From Okeania sp. (GTDB lineage Bacteria > Cyanobacteriota > Cyanobacteriia > Cyanobacteriales > Microcoleaceae), in NCBI RefSeq assembly GCF_035285525.1, contig NZ_JAYKGW010000187.1, positions 1-32,000 on the forward strand: a DNA stretch of 32,000 nt, given 5' to 3'. The translations under genes and the position numbers were made by a program. Under the pieces are notes generated by a model. The model did not search any database. It was not told the DNA's origin and saw only the letters and a program-made list of their open reading frames with translations. Each line of letters begins with the position of its first letter. The stretch's first letter is position 1. Below are positions 28,361-32,000 of the stretch, piece by piece.

Positions 28361-28429
28361 AACTGGAAAATTACAGATAACATCCTTATTATCATATTAG
28401 ATAGTCTATTTAATAATTGTCCCAGATTT

Positions 28430-28966
28430 ATGAAATCCTTATTATCAGTACCAGAAAATATAACGTTTGAAGAGGCGATCGCCTTAACTCAAGAAATTAT
28501 GTCTGAGATGGAAACAGGCCAGTTATCAGAGTCTCAAGAATTAACATTAATTGGAGATTTAGTCAAGAGTAAAAATGGTGCGAGAGGATTTTTTGTTAGT
28601 TATCTTACAGACTCTAGACCTGTAGCGGATAATCCATCACCATCGATATTTAAAGCTTTAGAATCAGCTCCAGAAATAGTTGTAGAACTGTTAGTCAAAA
28701 ATCTGGCCATGTCTTCGGCAATGGTAGTCCACCATCAGCGAAACCAAGATGAGGAGACAGCTAATGGCTCAAAAAGAGTGCGAGTGAGAACTACGAAACT
28801 AATAAAAAGTGTAAATATACCGAGTTTACGCGGTAATATTCAGGAATTATATCAAAGTACAACTACTGGCCAGGGAAATTACAAAGATTTTCTTAAACGT
28901 TGGGGTTATGATACTGAGCAGTTAAAGGCTATTGAACAAGCGATAGAACCTTTACTGAATGGATAA
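28430..28966 (+). CDS. Conserved hypothetical protein (178 aa from the internal ATG)
   Basis: The ORF track starts at 28325, which would overlap the ruvB 5' end by 36 nt and add a junk-like N-terminus. The ATG at 28430 (MKSLLSVPENITFEEAIALTQEIM...) gives a clean divergent arrangement. Confidence 0.68.
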   Translation: MKSLLSVPENITFEEAIALTQEIMSEMETGQLSESQELTLIGDLVKSKNGARGFFVSYLTDSRPVADNPSPSIFKALESAPEIVVELLVKNLAMSSAMVVHHQRNQDEETANGSKRVRVRTTKLIKSVNIPSLRGNIQELYQSTTTGQGNYKDFLKRWGYDTEQLKAIEQAIEPLLNG

Positions 28967-29258
28967 TTGATAATGGATAATTAATAATTAATAATGAAAA
29001 CTATCTTTAATTAGGGTTTACTAATTAAAGATAAAAGCATTTACAGATAAAGGCTAAAGTCTTTTTATATTGAAAAAACTGAACTTGTTTCAATTTTAAA
29101 AAAACTCAATATCTTAGCATTTTCGGGAATAAATAATTGGCAACAAATTACTTACCGAAAAATTAGGCTATAAATTCTCTCTATTAATGGAGAAAAAAAT
29201 TTCTTTTAGCTAATCCTATTATTTATAAAAGTAGGTGATTATTAGTTATTGATTATTA

Positions 29259-29521
29259 ATTAGGGCTGGCTGAATAAATATGAAAAGATTGATAGATAAA
29301 AATAAAAGTTTAAACCTTTTCATGTCTGGAAAAAGTACCTGGTTTTTAGCTATTCATGGTGAAAAAGAAGCGTATTTTAGTCATAGAGTATGGGGAAAAT
29401 TAATGGAGAATTCTTCTGACTACCTCCTCTATAATTATCCTGAATTATGGATTCTTGATTCTGACTTCTATCCTGAAAAAAAAAGACTTTTACGGCTCCC
29501 GATAAATCAGCAAACCACAAT
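29259..29521. mobile_element. MITE, ATTAGGG...CC(A/C)(C/T)AAT family
   Basis: TA|attagggctggctgaataaat ... ttacggctcccgataaatcagcaaaccacaat|TA. It shares aaaaagtacctggtttt with 3163-3375 and 8797-9012. It fully contains the 84-aa ORF 29280-29534. Confidence 0.6.
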
Positions 29522-29905
29522 TAGGGTTTACTGATTAAATACCAAAGCTTTTACACATAAAAATTAAAGGCTTTTTCTGGTCACAATAAAGTGCAAAAAA
29601 ATTACTAAATTAATCTTTAAAATTCTGAATCTTTCCTCATAAAAATTGGAAAAATCTAGAAAAATTAATACCTGTAACTATTGCCTATTCTCTACCTTCA
29701 CCAAAAGACTTTATTCATCCAACCCTAATTATTGAAATGCTCCTTAGAAATACTTTTTCAGCACACCCTAATTATCAAATTATTAATTACCTATACTTAA
29801 AACAGAGAGGATTGAATTAAGTACGGAAATATCCTAGCACTTTATTTTTCCTGAAAAGGATAGGCTTGAAATCTCTATAGATTAATTATCAATTATCCAT
29901 TCTTA

Positions 29906-30189
29906 ATTAGGGCTGGTGTATCGAAAGTCTGGTGGTTAAGGTAGGGAGTAGGGAATAGGGAGTAGGGAATAAACCCACCCCTAGTCCCTCCCAAGAGGGG
30001 AATTTAGGAGGAATGAGAGTTATAGAGAAATTAGTTGTCAGAATTGTCTCTTAATTTTTGTTTCCTAGTGAGGAATTTACTGCTAACTTTTTTAATTTTT
30101 TTGACCTAAAATATGGTATTGTTCCCGACTTAAAGTTCCTAAAAGCTTTATCTTTGAATGGTTTTATATTTCCATACGCAAACCCTAAT
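29906..30189. mobile_element. MITE, ATTAGGG...CATACGCAAACCCTAAT subfamily
   Basis: TA|attagggctggtgtatcgaaagtc ... atttccatacgcaaaccctaat|TA. The interior is colinear with 7145-7391. It ends 49 nt upstream of the ABC-2 permease start. Confidence 0.7.
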
Positions 30190-30238
30190 TATCAATTATC
30201 CATTATTAATTATTAATTATTAATTATCCATTATTCAG

Positions 30239-31090
30239 ATGAAAGGAATTGTCCGCAAAACTAGCAGGGTTAGCAATTGGTTGACCAAGGTAAATATTCA
30301 TTGGTTAGTTAACTTAAACCTATTATTCACATTAGTAAGAAGAGATTTAGAAGCTAGATATAAAGGCTCAGTTTTAGGCAACTTATGGCCACTACTTAAT
30401 CAACTATCTCAACTTTTAATTTATACTTATGTCTTCTCGATTATTCTGAAAGTTAAGCTTGACCTCAAAGGATTACCAGCAGATAGTAAACTAACATTTG
30501 GATTATGGTTATTTGCTGGATTAATACCTTGGTTAGCTTTTACGAGTGGATTGACTCAAGCTTCTGGTTCTGTAATTACACAGCCTAATTTAGTTAAAAA
30601 ATTAGTTTTTCCCCTTAGTTTATTACCCTTAGTTCCGATTCTTTCAACATTTATAGAAAGTACATTTGGATTAATAGCTTTAATAGTAATGTTTTATATA
30701 TCATCTGGGGCAATAAATCAAACATTATTCCTGTTACCTTTAGTGGTTATACCTCAACTTTTATTAACAACAGGTTTAGGATATTTTACTGCTGGATTAA
30801 CGGTATTTTTGCGAGATATTCCACAGACTTTAGGAGTAATTATTAATCTTTGGTTTTATGTTACGCCAATAGTATATCCGGCATCAGTAATTCCAGAAAA
30901 TTGGCGAATTTGGGTGTTTTGGTTTAATCCTTTAACAGCGATCGCTGAAGTATATCGTGACTTGGTTTTAGTAGGAGAAATTAAGCATTGGGGAGAGTTA
31001 GGAATTTCGGCTTTGATATCTCTACTAATTTTTTATTTTGGCTGGTGGGTTTATCAAAAATTACGTCCTGCTTTTGCTGATGTTTTATAA
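30239..31090 (+). CDS. ABC-2 type transporter permease (polysaccharide/glycan exporter type, Wzm/TagG-like)
   Basis: 283 aa. The N-terminus RRDLEARYKGSVLGNLWPLLNQL is typical of ABC-2 permeases. About 6 TM helices. No ATPase follows within the remaining 900 nt. Confidence 0.92.
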   Translation: MKGIVRKTSRVSNWLTKVNIHWLVNLNLLFTLVRRDLEARYKGSVLGNLWPLLNQLSQLLIYTYVFSIILKVKLDLKGLPADSKLTFGLWLFAGLIPWLAFTSGLTQASGSVITQPNLVKKLVFPLSLLPLVPILSTFIESTFGLIALIVMFYISSGAINQTLFLLPLVVIPQLLLTTGLGYFTAGLTVFLRDIPQTLGVIINLWFYVTPIVYPASVIPENWRIWVFWFNPLTAIAEVYRDLVLVGEIKHWGELGISALISLLIFYFGWWVYQKLRPAFADVL

Positions 31091-31095
31091 GAAGT

Positions 31096-31157
31096 AAGAA
31101 GGAAGAAGGAAGAAGGAAGGAGGAAGGAGGAAGAAGGAAGGAGGAAGAAGGAAGAAG
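31096..31157. repeat. 62-nt uninterrupted polypurine (GAAGGA-type) tract
   Basis: aagaaggaagaaggaagaaggaaggaggaaggaggaagaaggaaggaggaagaaggaagaag contains only G and A on the + strand. It starts 6 nt after the permease stop. Confidence 0.92.
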
Positions 31158-32000
31158 TCAATAATTAATAATTACCAAAAAATGAGGTATAAAGCCTCCT
31201 CTTTGAAGGAGATGAAAAAATATTTAACACGGTTCCCGATAAATCAGTATTTCCAGCCTTCGACTTTAGTCGGAGCTTCGCTGATAACTGATAACTGAAA
31301 TGACCTCTTCTTATAAAGAAAATGATTAGCTAAAAGGATTTTTTTCTTATTTATCCATGAATGGAGAGACTTTATACTTTAATTTTTTCGTAAGAAGAAA
31401 GAAGGAAGAAATATTCAAAAAAAATTTAAAATTATGTACATCTCCAATGTAATTACTCCCCCTACCTAACTCCTAAATTCTAATTGGTATCGAAATCTTA
31501 GAACTTAAAAATCATTGATAAATTATAATAAAAAACTCTAATATGCTGAAAAATATAAGTAATTAATATGCAGGATTTTCCAAGTATTAAATGAATATTT
31601 AGCTTGACTAAAAGATACTAATTTTGGATTCAGTAATTAAGGCTTGCTGATTAAATATCAAAGCATTTATAGATAAAGGTTTGAACAATAAAAGTAAGGC
31701 TCAATTATGAATTAACAGTTATTCTAGAACTCCTCTAAATCCTAACTCTTAACTACTCCTTACTCCCTACTCCCTACCATAGCAAAAAGATTTTCCATAA
31801 GCAAACCCTAATTAATAATTACTCTTAAAAAAATTGAGTATTAGTTCGGAGTGACTTATTTTCTTTTTTTCTCCCTAAAAAGAGAAGCTTTAAACCTTAA
31901 AACTTTGGTATATTTGTATTTTTCCTAGATTTTTAAATTGCTTTTTCCTGCTCCATTCTGAAATAGCTGATGACCTAATACTTATGAAAAAAGATTAATT

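Noticed and set aside
28325-28429. Upstream 35 codons of the 213-aa ORF (start at 28325)
   Set aside because: This start would overlap the 5' end of ruvB on the opposite strand by 36 nt. It encodes an implausible [26 protein letters not shown] leader. The ATG at 28430 is preferred.
29280-29534. 84-aa ORF in the ORF track
   Set aside because: It lies entirely inside a MITE copy (29259-29521) whose segments recur in non-coding contexts elsewhere. Its composition is AT-rich and junk-like. It is most likely a chance ORF.

Overview
AT-rich cyanobacterial chromosome segment. Evidence: the 3' end of psbA, many HIP1 GCGATCGC sites, heptamer and octamer STRR-type repeats, and the housekeeping genes glgC and ruvB. 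I support 21 protein-coding genes covering about 59% of the window. The rest is long intergenic DNA built almost entirely from several families of MITE-like inverted-repeat elements. This resembles repeat-rich filamentous cyanobacteria such as Trichodesmium, but that assignment is inference only. Housekeeping content: psbA (partial), an ABC ATPase, a GT2 glycosyltransferase, a DnaJ-family chaperone, a P-loop kinase, glgC, a GH13 alpha-glucan hydrolase, a DUF2256 zinc-ribbon sORF, an isoaspartyl peptidase/asparaginase, ruvB and an ABC-2 permease. The most interesting locus is an intact stand-alone IscB (OMEGA-type, RuvC-HNH RNA-guided nuclease) at 24351-25655. It is preceded by about 290 nt of structured, relatively GC-rich leader that I interpret as its omega RNA (HEARO-type). 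No TnpA is present in the window. Other items worth a second look: a DUF3102-RusA fusion, an HTH gene plus membrane pentapeptide-repeat gene pair with an A_AAA_AAG slippery site at its 5' end, an orphan HlyD-type adaptor with expanded 78-nt tandem coiled-coil repeats, MITEs with clear 8-bp target-site duplications, and a second MITE family bracketed by TA|ATTAGGG...CCCTAAT|TA. All calls come from reading the sequence and the ORF track. No database searches were run.
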